Shown piece by piece: positions 21,193 to 30,149 of a stretch of DNA of 64,000 nucleotides (the first letter of the stretch is position 1; each line of letters begins with the position of its first letter). Both the position numbers and the translations under genes were made by a program. The notes beneath the pieces were generated by a model. That model saw nothing but the letters and a program-made list of their open reading frames with translations. It was not told the origin of the DNA and did not search any database. This stretch comes from Waterburya sp. (lineage in GTDB: Bacteria; Cyanobacteriota; Cyanobacteriia; Cyanobacteriales; Xenococcaceae). Location: contig CBDCJV010000002.1 in NCBI GenBank assembly GCA_965217895.1, positions 4,640,001-4,704,000 on the forward strand, read 5' to 3'.

Positions 21193-21652
21193 TTACCTTG
21201 TTCTAGATTTATATCCTAAACCTGCACCAAATCCACCACCAAATATGATTAATATCCTAATAATGTCTTGATAAGTTGATGAATCTTTATTACCAAGAAA
21301 TACTGTTATAAAACCCAAGAAAATTAATACGATAACTAGAGTAATCAAGTTATATAGTCTGGTTGATTTTGTATTTTCAAATTCTCTTTCATTGTCTTGC
21401 TCTGCTATGTTCTGTGTTTATTTTGTTGGATAAAGAATTAGATAGAGAAGAAGAACGAGTAGAGATACTTCTGCTACTTAGAATCATCTTCATTACAGCT
21501 TGAGCTTCTTCTGGCAAATCTTCTATGTCTAATTCTTCTTTTGAACTTGAAGATTCAGACTGATTTATTTCACCACTATTTGATTTCTCAGATGATATCT
21601 CGCTTGAACTTATATTATCTATTTTATCTCGCTTATCTTCTCCATCAGACAT
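21193..21652 (-). pseudogene. Frameshifted membrane protein gene
   Basis: The 87-aa ORF stops at 21389, but another frame continues AEQDNEREFENTKSTRLYNLITLVIVLIFLGFITVFLG...IIFGGGFGAGLGYKSRTR* to 21193 with two TM segments. Confidence 0.6.
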
Positions 21653-21983
21653 AAGCTTTTTTCAATGACCTAATTATTTTAGAGCCTTCTTCATAAGAAT
21701 ATAAATCATCAAACTCACTTTCAATATTTGATATCTCTAACTCCCATAATTTGGAAATTTGATTTTCTATAACTTTTTGAAATATGTTTTCTATTTGGCT
21801 TTCTACAAATAAAGCACAAGAATACTTGGTTAACTGGTGTAAAGTATCATCACTAATCTTATTTTCATTTCGCAATTTATAAAAATAATATACGGAAGCT
21901 TTCAACAGTTTCAAATCTTGCCGAGAATAATTTATTTTTTGCTCTAACTTACCTTTGTTTTTAAGCTTTAACAAATTAATCAC
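21645..21983 (-). CDS. Hypothetical protein
   Basis: AT-rich 112-aa ORF overlapping the start of the next gene. Confidence 0.55.
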   Translation of the reverse strand: MINLLKLKNKGKLEQKINYSRQDLKLLKASVYYFYKLRNENKISDDTLHQLTKYSCALFVESQIENIFQKVIENQISKLWELEISNIESEFDDLYSYEEGSKIIRSLKKAYV

Positions 21984-22233
21984 TTCCCATTTTTTATCTG
22001 CTATTTCTATTCCTAAAGTCTATTGTATTATAAAAACTAGTAATTTAATATCAGATATTAAATTGTCAATCATAACATTTTTTTCGCTTTGCGTATTGAC
22101 TATGTAATTAAAATTTGTTGTCTTCCCGTTGATACTGTAATTTTGGTCTCTGTAGTTAGTGTATTTCTGACAGAAATTTCCTTACAATCATAGGTAAGGA
22201 TATATAAAGAAACTTTAAGAGGCAAGAGAGTAT

Positions 22234-25200
22234 ATGAAACGGATTGTCTTGATTGCAGGATTTGAATCTTTTAATGCCAACCTCTATCGCCAGGCTGCAT
22301 CGATGGCTACTGCAAGATGCGCGGAATTAGAAGTAATTATCTTTAGCGATCGCGACATCACGACATCTCCTGATAAGGTAGAAACTGCGCTACAAACTGC
22401 CGATGTTTTCTTTGGTAGCTTGCTTTTTGATTACGACCAGGTAATGTGGTTAAGAGAAAGAGTTAAAAACATTCCTATCAGGTTGGTTTTTGAGTCGGCT
22501 TTAGAATTAATGAGTTTGACCCAGTTAGGGAAGTTTGCTATTGGCGATAAACCAAAGGGAATGCCCAAGCCTGTTAAGTTTATCCTCAGTAAGTTTGGCA
22601 ATGGCAAGGAAGAAGATAAGCTTGCTGGCTATATTAGCTTTTTGAAAACAGGACCTAAATTACTAAAATACATTCCTGGGAAAAAAGTACAGGATTTGCG
22701 TAACTGGTTGATTATTTACGGTTACTGGAATGCAGGAGGCACGGAGAATGTTGCTTCGATGTGTTGGACGCTAGCAGAAAAATATCTTGGTTTAACCGTT
22801 GGCGACATTCCTCAACCAGTTGAAACCCCCAACATGGGTTTACTGCATCCTGAATATCAGGGTTATTTTACATCCCCGCAGGATTATTTGAATTGGTACA
22901 ACAACCACGTAGGTGCTTTTCGCGCGACGCGAAGCGAGTCCTTTGGGGAAAAGCCCCTGCCGACAATTGGAATATTGTTGTATCGCAAGCACGTAATTAC
23001 CAAACAACCATACATTCCCCAGTTAATCAAACATTTTGCATCCCAGGGTTTGATTCCCTTACCTATATTCATCAACGGTGTAGAAGGTCATGTAGCGGTT
23101 AGAGACTGGATGACTACTACCTATGAACAAGAACAAAGACAGCAGGGCAATAAAGAAATCCTCTCGCTAAAAGATGATGCAGTAAAAGTCGATGCAATTG
23201 TTTCGACTATTGGCTTTCCCTTAGTGGGAGGGCCCGCAGGTTCTATGGAAGCAGGACGACAGGTAGAAGTTGCTAAACGAATACTTACTGCTAAGAACAT
23301 ACCTTATATAGTTGCTGCACCTTTACTCATTCAAGATATCCATTCCTGGACTCGTCAGGGTATTGGTGGTTTACAGAGTGTAGTTTTGTATTCCCTCCCA
23401 GAATTAGATGGTGCGATCGATACTATCCCTTTAGGTGGTTTAGTAGGAGAAGATATTTATCTTGTGCCTGAAAGACTTCATCGCCTCACTGGTAGAGTTA
23501 AAAAATGGATTGAGTTAAGACACGCACCTACCCCAGAGAGAAAGCTGGCAGTTATTCTCTATAATTTTCCCCCTGGCTATGGCGCAACGGGGACAGCAGC
23601 ATTATTAAATGTACCTAAGAGTTTATTAAACTTTCTTTATGCTTTAAAAGCCCAGGGTTACGATGTAGGAGAATTACCCGAAGATGGAGAAGAAATAATC
23701 AAGCAGGTAAAAGAAGCCGATGAAAAACCTCTTTGCGCCTCTTGCTCGGTCAGCATTCCCTTGCGCCTGACGGCGACGCGGGGTCTGACCGCTTTGCGCG
23801 AGACAAAAGTAAATGTTCGCACCTTAGAAAAATGGTTAGGTTATCTACAAACAAATAGAGTCGAAAAGCAGTGGAAATCTCTTACAGGTACGGGAATAAA
23901 AACCTATGGCGACGAATTTCAGCTTGGAGGTATTCAATTAGGCAATGTTTGGATAGGAGTACAGCCACCATTAGGCATAGCAGGAGATCCTATGCGGTTG
24001 ATGTTTGAAAAAGATTTAACTCCCCATCCCCAATACACGGCTTTTTATAAATGGTTGCAAAACGAATATCAGGCTGATGCGGTAGTTCACTTTGGGATGC
24101 ACGGCACAGTAGAATGGCTTCCTGGTTCACCTTTGGGCAATACGGGTTATTCGTGGTCAGATATTTTGTTAGGTAATATTCCCAATTTATATATCTATGC
24201 AGCCAATAATCCCTCAGAATCAATTTTGGCAAAACGTCGCGGTTATGGCGTTTTAGTTTCTCATAATGTTCCTCCTTATGGCCGCGCTGGTTTATATAAG
24301 GAATTAATTGCCCTGCGGGAATTGATTGGAGAGTATCGAGAAGACACTGAAAAGAATTATGCTTTGAGAGATATTATCTGTCAGAAGATTGTTGATGCTG
24401 GTTTGGAAAAGGATTGCAAGTTTACCGAGGGTTTAAAACAAGGAATTAGTTTTACTGTCGAGAACGGGAAGTTATTTAGCAAAAATGTAATCAATCAATA
24501 TTTTGTTCAGGTATATGAATACTTGCAGGTATTGGAACAGCGTTTGTTTTCTTCTGGGCTGCACGTTTTAGGGGAAAAGCCTAGTAAAGAAGAGTTGAGG
24601 TCGTATTTGGAGGCGTATTTTGACGGAGAGTTGTCGGAGAGTGAGATTGATGGGATTTTCTCGCGCAGAGACGCAAAGACGCAAAGAGTTTTGGAGAATG
24701 ATTCGGTCTTAGTTCACAGGTTAGAAGAGGGGGAGAGAATTAGAGACTTGTTGGTGCAGAATACGGATGAAATAACTAACCTGTTGCGGGGTTTGAACGG
24801 GGAATATATTCCTCCTGCGCCTGGAGGAGATTTATTACGGGACGGTAGCGGTGTGTTACCTACTGGTAGAAATATCCATGCTTTAGATCCTTATCGGATG
24901 CCTTCTCCTGCTGCTTATGAACGAGGAAAAGAGATTGCTAAAAAGATTCTTCAGCAGAATTTAGAGGAAAAAGGTGCTTATCCTGAAACTGTAGCGGTCA
25001 TGTTGTGGGGATTGGATTCAATTAAAACTAAAGGAGAATCTTTAGGTATTTTATTAGAGTTAGTCGGTGCTGAACCTGTTAAGGAGGGTACTGGGAGGAT
25101 TGTCCGCTATGAATTGATCCCTTTAGAAAAATTAGGACATCCTCGCATTGATGTTTTAGCTAACCTGTCGGGTATCTTCCGCGATACTTTTGTCAATATT

Positions 25201-26037
25201 ATTGAATTGCTAGATGATTTATTTCGACGGGCAGCAGAAGCTGAAGAATCGGCAGATAATAACTATATCCGCAAGCATTGTTTGACATTAAAAGCCCAGG
25301 GTGTAGACAACGCTAGTGCCAGAATGTTTTCTAATCCTGCTGGTGATTTTGGTTCTTTAGTTAACGACCAAGTGGTAGATAGTAATTGGGAATCTAGTGA
25401 TGAACTGGCAGATACCTGGAAAAACCGTAATGTGTTTAGTTATGGACGCAAAGACAAAGGACAGGCTAGACCAGAAGTATTATCGCAGTTATTAGAGACA
25501 AACAGTCAAATTATCCAAGAAATCGACTCTGTTGAATACGGCTTAACAGATATCCAGGAGTACTATGGTAACACTGGCGGTTTAAAACTAGCAGCGGAAA
25601 AACAAAGCGGGAAAGAAGTAGAAACCTCATTTGTCGAAAGCTTCTCTAAAGATACCAACCCCCGCAAATTAAAAGATTTACTCCGCATGGAATACCGTAC
25701 CAAATTACTTAATCCTAAATGGGCAGAAGCGATGGCGGATCAAGGTTCTGGTGGTGCGTATGAAATCTCTCAACGCATGACGGCTTTAATCGGTTGGGGT
25801 GGCACAGCCAATTTTAAAGATGATTGGGTATACGACCAAGCAGTTGATACCTATGCTTTAGATGCAGAGATGGCACAAAAGTTACGAGATGCCAACCCTG
25901 AAGCCTTTCGTAATATTGTCGCACGATCGCTTGAAGCTCATGGACGAGGTTTATGGAATGCTGATGAAGAAAAATTGGAGAAACTGAGAGAATTATATGA
26001 GTCTATTGAGGATGAACTAGAAGGTGTAGTAGTGTAA
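22234..26037 (+). CDS. Magnesium chelatase subunit H paralog (BchH/ChlH-like)
   Basis: GFPLVGGPAG, LPELDG, HFGMHG, NNPSE..AKRR, LPTGRNIHALDP, LLNPKW motifs; divergent from the chlH at 32607. Confidence 0.92.
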   Translation: MKRIVLIAGFESFNANLYRQAASMATARCAELEVIIFSDRDITTSPDKVETALQTADVFFGSLLFDYDQVMWLRERVKNIPIRLVFESALELMSLTQLGKFAIGDKPKGMPKPVKFILSKFGNGKEEDKLAGYISFLKTGPKLLKYIPGKKVQDLRNWLIIYGYWNAGGTENVASMCWTLAEKYLGLTVGDIPQPVETPNMGLLHPEYQGYFTSPQDYLNWYNNHVGAFRATRSESFGEKPLPTIGILLYRKHVITKQPYIPQLIKHFASQGLIPLPIFINGVEGHVAVRDWMTTTYEQEQRQQGNKEILSLKDDAVKVDAIVSTIGFPLVGGPAGSMEAGRQVEVAKRILTAKNIPYIVAAPLLIQDIHSWTRQGIGGLQSVVLYSLPELDGAIDTIPLGGLVGEDIYLVPERLHRLTGRVKKWIELRHAPTPERKLAVILYNFPPGYGATGTAALLNVPKSLLNFLYALKAQGYDVGELPEDGEEIIKQVKEADEKPLCASCSVSIPLRLTATRGLTALRETKVNVRTLEKWLGYLQTNRVEKQWKSLTGTGIKTYGDEFQLGGIQLGNVWIGVQPPLGIAGDPMRLMFEKDLTPHPQYTAFYKWLQNEYQADAVVHFGMHGTVEWLPGSPLGNTGYSWSDILLGNIPNLYIYAANNPSESILAKRRGYGVLVSHNVPPYGRAGLYKELIALRELIGEYREDTEKNYALRDIICQKIVDAGLEKDCKFTEGLKQGISFTVENGKLFSKNVINQYFVQVYEYLQVLEQRLFSSGLHVLGEKPSKEELRSYLEAYFDGELSESEIDGIFSRRDAKTQRVLENDSVLVHRLEEGERIRDLLVQNTDEITNLLRGLNGEYIPPAPGGDLLRDGSGVLPTGRNIHALDPYRMPSPAAYERGKEIAKKILQQNLEEKGAYPETVAVMLWGLDSIKTKGESLGILLELVGAEPVKEGTGRIVRYELIPLEKLGHPRIDVLANLSGIFRDTFVNIIELLDDLFRRAAEAEESADNNYIRKHCLTLKAQGVDNASARMFSNPAGDFGSLVNDQVVDSNWESSDELADTWKNRNVFSYGRKDKGQARPEVLSQLLETNSQIIQEIDSVEYGLTDIQEYYGNTGGLKLAAEKQSGKEVETSFVESFSKDTNPRKLKDLLRMEYRTKLLNPKWAEAMADQGSGGAYEISQRMTALIGWGGTANFKDDWVYDQAVDTYALDAEMAQKLRDANPEAFRNIVARSLEAHGRGLWNADEEKLEKLRELYESIEDELEGVVV

Positions 26038-26117
26038 ATAACGTTTACATCATTTCCATACAATTGTACTATTATCCTACAGTATTAGAATTGGAGTATA
26101 AATAATTTGATGTCTAA

Positions 26118-26666
26118 ATGGAGAAAAATATCAAGCTGTTGCGAGTCAAAGATGATATGGCTGTTGATGCAAAATTATCAACATTAACAGACAAGCATTT
26201 AGATGACTTTGAAACGTTCTGGAAATCCAGATTGCAAGCTTCTAACGAAGAAGACGGGCATTGGAATTGGATAAAAAAAAATCAATTCACTTTATTTTCC
26301 TCCGATTATGAAAAGTATGCAGTTGAATGCGAACAAATTACTCAAGGATTAATGATGCTTGAAGTAAGTAACTACTACTCTAGAAATAATCCTCAGCAAA
26401 AAATAATCTATGTTGATTTCTTATCAACAGCACCTTGGAATCGGATTTCTCTCAAAAATCCTCCAGACTACAAAGGCGTAGGATTAACTTTATTATCTTT
26501 TGCAAAACAAAGAAGCAAACAACTTGGATATGAAGGAAGAGTCGGGTTACACGCGCTACCCAAAGCAGAAAACTTTTACAAGAGAAGAGGAATGATTAAT
26601 TTTGGCTTTGATACAGAAAAAGAGGACTTAATTTATTTTGAATGGCTAAAAGTTTCGGCAGAATAA
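26118..26666 (+). CDS. GNAT-family acetyltransferase
   Basis: YVDFLSTAPWNR, YKGVG acetyl-CoA loop, LHALPKAENFY. Confidence 0.82.
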   Translation: MEKNIKLLRVKDDMAVDAKLSTLTDKHLDDFETFWKSRLQASNEEDGHWNWIKKNQFTLFSSDYEKYAVECEQITQGLMMLEVSNYYSRNNPQQKIIYVDFLSTAPWNRISLKNPPDYKGVGLTLLSFAKQRSKQLGYEGRVGLHALPKAENFYKRRGMINFGFDTEKEDLIYFEWLKVSAE

Positions 26667-26711
26667 ATTTTTATTTTAAGTTTGTTACTTTAAGTTTGGA
26701 GAAGCAAAATA

Positions 26712-26993
26712 ATGACACATATAAAATTTGACGAAAAATGGTTAAGAGAAGCAGTCACAATGGAAGATGAGGCTGATTGCGACATTCATGCTGGATTAGA
26801 ATTAGGGCAAAACTTAGGCGAATATGTTAAAAATGCGAAGAGCTATATTAATCGTCAAAAGCTTATTTCAGTTCTGAAAGATGGATTTGACGAAGTTTTA
26901 TCCCCAACAGACATTGAAGAAATAGCAGACGAGTTACAAAAAGAAGCCCAAGAAAAAGCTAGAAAAATAATTCAAGCAAAAAAAACTGCATGA
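26712..26993 (+). CDS. Small acidic hypothetical protein
   Basis: 93-aa ORF with GGAG RBS, co-oriented with the GNAT gene. Confidence 0.7.
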   Translation: MTHIKFDEKWLREAVTMEDEADCDIHAGLELGQNLGEYVKNAKSYINRQKLISVLKDGFDEVLSPTDIEEIADELQKEAQEKARKIIQAKKTA

Positions 26994-27003
26994 AATAAAA
27001 ATT

Positions 27004-27528
27004 ATGTCTGAAAAGAGTCGTTTAAGCCAGCCTGTTTCCCTTAGCCAAGCCAAAAAAATTCGTCGAGACAATCAAAACAATAACAAAATTGAAGTTTCAG
27101 AAGCAAGACTCAGGACAATTATGTCTGAAGTTGTCAATGCAGAAGTCTCTTCAAAAATAGTAAGACTTGAAAATAGCATTAATAGAATGGTTTCTCAATT
27201 TGAAGGAGTAAAAAATGGAAACTCTAATGATGCTGCCCTAAGAATAACAACTGACAGTGACGCTTCTGATTTAGCTCTAGTTAATGTCAATTTGCCTAAA
27301 GAAGAATTATATCCATATACCTGTGGAATTCTTGCAGATAAACTAGATCTACATAAGCATGACGTTGTTCAAATGATCAAAAAGTTCAATTTGAGAAATG
27401 ATGATAAATATCATTGCTCTTTTAAAACAGGTATTAAAAGCGAAGTACAGAAATGGTCTGAAGCTGCATATAAAAGATTGGAAAATGCTTTGGATTCAGA
27501 AGAATATCCTCGACCTATTATTAATTAA
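27004..27528 (+). CDS. Hypothetical protein with a possible C-terminal HTH-like domain
   Basis: 174-aa ORF 10 bp after the previous stop; YPYTCGILADKLDLHKHDVVQMIKKF resembles an HTH. Confidence 0.7.
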   Translation: MSEKSRLSQPVSLSQAKKIRRDNQNNNKIEVSEARLRTIMSEVVNAEVSSKIVRLENSINRMVSQFEGVKNGNSNDAALRITTDSDASDLALVNVNLPKEELYPYTCGILADKLDLHKHDVVQMIKKFNLRNDDKYHCSFKTGIKSEVQKWSEAAYKRLENALDSEEYPRPIIN

Positions 27529-27530
27529 AT

Positions 27531-27646
27531 TACTATTACTGGTTTAAAATTAGCAATTATTGAAACTCAAACTACTAAAAAAGTTGCAGAAATTCAGAGA
27601 GTTATATAAGTCTACTGAAGATGAGTCAGAAGAAGTTACAGTATAA
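27531..27646 (+). pseudogene. Relic of the 3' end of the Mg-chelatase H paralog
   Basis: 27578-27646 reads KKLQKFRELYKSTEDESEEVTV* versus EKLEKLRELYESIEDELEGVVV* at 25969-26037; 27531-27555 resembles 25561-25593 with deletions. Confidence 0.82.
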
Positions 27647-27681
27647 AAATTAGTTTCAGCTTACTTTTAACTAGATAATTT

Positions 27682-28377
27682 TTAAATTGTCTCAGCGAAA
27701 CGTAACGCAGCCAAATCTAATGATAATAGCTGTTCATAGGCGTTATCGATGTAACCCATCCCCCGTAAATAACCTGTATTTGCGCCTGGTAAAATATATT
27801 TAAGGGTATTTTGATCAAGGCGATCGCGTAATTTAGCGATATTATCTAACTGTCGCCACCAATGAAAAGTTTTAGCAGTGCGAAGAGGAGCAATTTCTGT
27901 TGGAGATTTTGGTAGTAAATGTCTGCCAGAAAATAGAACGCCCCCATGTTGAGAATAGTAAAGACAAGATGAGCCAGGAGAATGTCCAGAAGTCCAAATA
28001 AGCTCTAAATCTGGGCTTATAGTTAAATTATCAGCAAAAGAGACAACTTTGATTTCTGGTAGCAAATAAGCCTCCTGTTCTTGTACTGTTACCTGACAAT
28101 TCAACTCTTGCTGTATCTGCATAATGCTCTTGCTAATTCCCCCTCGATGGGTAATGATTAGGTGTTTAATTCCGCCTTGAGACTGTAAAAATTTTGGATT
28201 AACTTCATTCCAAGCAGGACAATCGAGGAGAATATTGCCACTTTTATCTACAATTAAATAAGAGGTAGCACCTAAAGTGTCTCTATTAGGCGAAAACGCA
28301 AATATCCCTGGCAAAATAAGACGAGGAGATTTGGCGTTACCAAGGCTTGCAGTAATTTCTGTAGAGTTTTGGGGCAT
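27682..28377 (-). CDS. Metallo-beta-lactamase-fold protein
   Basis: ATSYLI, LLDCP, ITHRG, GHSPGS, LFSGRH. Confidence 0.85.
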   Translation of the reverse strand: MPQNSTEITASLGNAKSPRLILPGIFAFSPNRDTLGATSYLIVDKSGNILLDCPAWNEVNPKFLQSQGGIKHLIITHRGGISKSIMQIQQELNCQVTVQEQEAYLLPEIKVVSFADNLTISPDLELIWTSGHSPGSSCLYYSQHGGVLFSGRHLLPKSPTEIAPLRTAKTFHWWRQLDNIAKLRDRLDQNTLKYILPGANTGYLRGMGYIDNAYEQLLSLDLAALRFAETI

Positions 28378-28505
28378 TCTAGAAAATAAGGTGCTATAAA
28401 TAATTGCCTAATGGCATCTTCTTTTTATATTTATATACTTAAATCCACAGTCCAAAATAGTTTTTTGAGCAAAGAATCCCCCATATAGATTCGGAACACT
28501 TTTTT

Positions 28506-30005
28506 ATGAAATTCTGGTTAATATTAGTTGTCCTCAGTCCAATTACTTATCTGCTCGTTGATCGCAGCCTCAAAAACAAGACTACAGCACCAGTATGGTT
28601 ATGTTGGCTGATCATCATGACGCCATCCTGTATTTGGACGATTTGGACTTATATTTTTGGGGAAGAACAGCCTTTGCCCATACCAGTACTTTTATTTCCT
28701 CTGATTATATGTCCCTTGCTGTACGGATGGCTAGTTCAGAGAGGAAGAATAGACAAACCAAAAGATGCTAAAGATTCTGTTGAAAAAAGTAACAATAAAA
28801 ATATAGCGATGGCTCAACCTACTGCAAAAACTACCACGCCTCGCCCAATCGATCAAACCGAAGAAACTGCTCTACGCAACTGTTTTCCTTGGAACGTTTA
28901 TTATTTACAAAATATTGATTATCGCCCTCAAGCAATTTTCTGTCGGGGAAAGCTCAAGACTATTCCTGAGAAAGCTTACTACGAAATAAAAAATAACGTC
29001 GAAAAAGCTTTTGGCGATCGCTTTTTTCTAATTTTTCAAGAGAGTTTTAAAGGCAAACCGTTTTTTGCCCTTGTGCCTAATCCTCAGGCAAAGGCAGAAG
29101 AAGAAAAAGAGGTGAAAAGCGATCGACGGGTGGTGTTTGCCTTGGTAATGTTTGTGATTACTCTAATTACTAGCACCGTCGCTGGAGCTACCATTAATGG
29201 CACTTCTTCAGAAAAACTGCTGTCTAATTTCAGCTTAGTAATACCAGGATTATTTTATAGCTTGCCTTTGCTATTGATTATTGCCGTACAAAAGTTTAGT
29301 AATTATTTTGTAGCTGCTTACTATAAAGTTCGTACCACCCTGCCTTACTTTATTCCTTTTCCTTTTTTACTAGATAGTTTTTCTTTAGGGACTTTGGGAG
29401 CAATTTTACAGAGGAAGTCCCCTATTCCCCATCGCAAAGCCTTATTTGATATCGCCATTGTTGGATCTTTATTAGGATTATTGGTGGTCATTCCCACTTT
29501 AATCTGGGGTTTATCTCTTTCTAGCGTTGTTCCTCTAGACAAATCATCCATATTCAACATTCAAGCTCAAGATCCGCGCTTATCTTTTCTACTTAGTCTC
29601 TTAGCCAAATTAGCTTTAGGCTCTTCTCTAACGGCAAAAATGGGAATTGAACTACATCCTCTAGCAGTAGCAGGTTGTGTCGGCTTGTTTCTTACCGCAG
29701 TTAATTTGATGCCAATTGGACAGCTAGATGGAGGTCATATTGTTCACGCTGTATTTGGACAAAAAATGGCGATCGCCATCGGACAAATCACCCGTATTCT
29801 AGCTTTATTATTTGCCTTGATCCATCCTTATTTTTGGATTTGGACAATTGTAATGTGGTTAATTCCCTTAATCGATCAACCTGCTCTTAATGATGTGACC
29901 GAGCTTGATAATAAACGAGATTTCTTAGGTTTATTAGCTTTAGCCTTGTTAATCGTAATTGTATTACCGCTTCCTGAGGCGATCGGTAGCTGGTTAAATA
30001 TTTAG
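28506..30005 (+). CDS. Site-2 protease (M50) family membrane protein with degenerate zinc motif
   Basis: LPYFIP, ALFDIA and NLMPIGQLDGGHI retained; the HExxH position reads QKFSN. Confidence 0.85.
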   Translation: MKFWLILVVLSPITYLLVDRSLKNKTTAPVWLCWLIIMTPSCIWTIWTYIFGEEQPLPIPVLLFPLIICPLLYGWLVQRGRIDKPKDAKDSVEKSNNKNIAMAQPTAKTTTPRPIDQTEETALRNCFPWNVYYLQNIDYRPQAIFCRGKLKTIPEKAYYEIKNNVEKAFGDRFFLIFQESFKGKPFFALVPNPQAKAEEEKEVKSDRRVVFALVMFVITLITSTVAGATINGTSSEKLLSNFSLVIPGLFYSLPLLLIIAVQKFSNYFVAAYYKVRTTLPYFIPFPFLLDSFSLGTLGAILQRKSPIPHRKALFDIAIVGSLLGLLVVIPTLIWGLSLSSVVPLDKSSIFNIQAQDPRLSFLLSLLAKLALGSSLTAKMGIELHPLAVAGCVGLFLTAVNLMPIGQLDGGHIVHAVFGQKMAIAIGQITRILALLFALIHPYFWIWTIVMWLIPLIDQPALNDVTELDNKRDFLGLLALALLIVIVLPLPEAIGSWLNI

Positions 30006-30092
30006 CAATTCAAGTTAATCATCATGGCAAATTGCTTTTGTATTGGCTGGCGATCGCTATAATATCGATATTGGTTAATATTTGCGCAAAAT

Positions 30093-30127
30093 TAAACCCA
30101 GTCAGATAGTTTTCTGGCTGGGTTTAA
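30093..30127. terminator. Probable bidirectional intrinsic terminator
   Basis: taaacccagtcaga-tagttt-tctggctgggttta hairpin between convergent genes. Confidence 0.7.
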
Positions 30128-30149
30128 ATCTTCAAGATTATTTTAATGC

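Noticed and set aside
22234..26037. Cobaltochelatase CobN assignment
   Set aside because: Motifs GFPLVGGPAG, HFGMHG and HALDP fit Mg-chelatase H better; not confirmed by phylogeny
26060..26090. LexA or NtcA box upstream of the GNAT cassette
   Set aside because: tgtactattatcctac has the wrong spacing for NtcA and does not fit the LexA consensus
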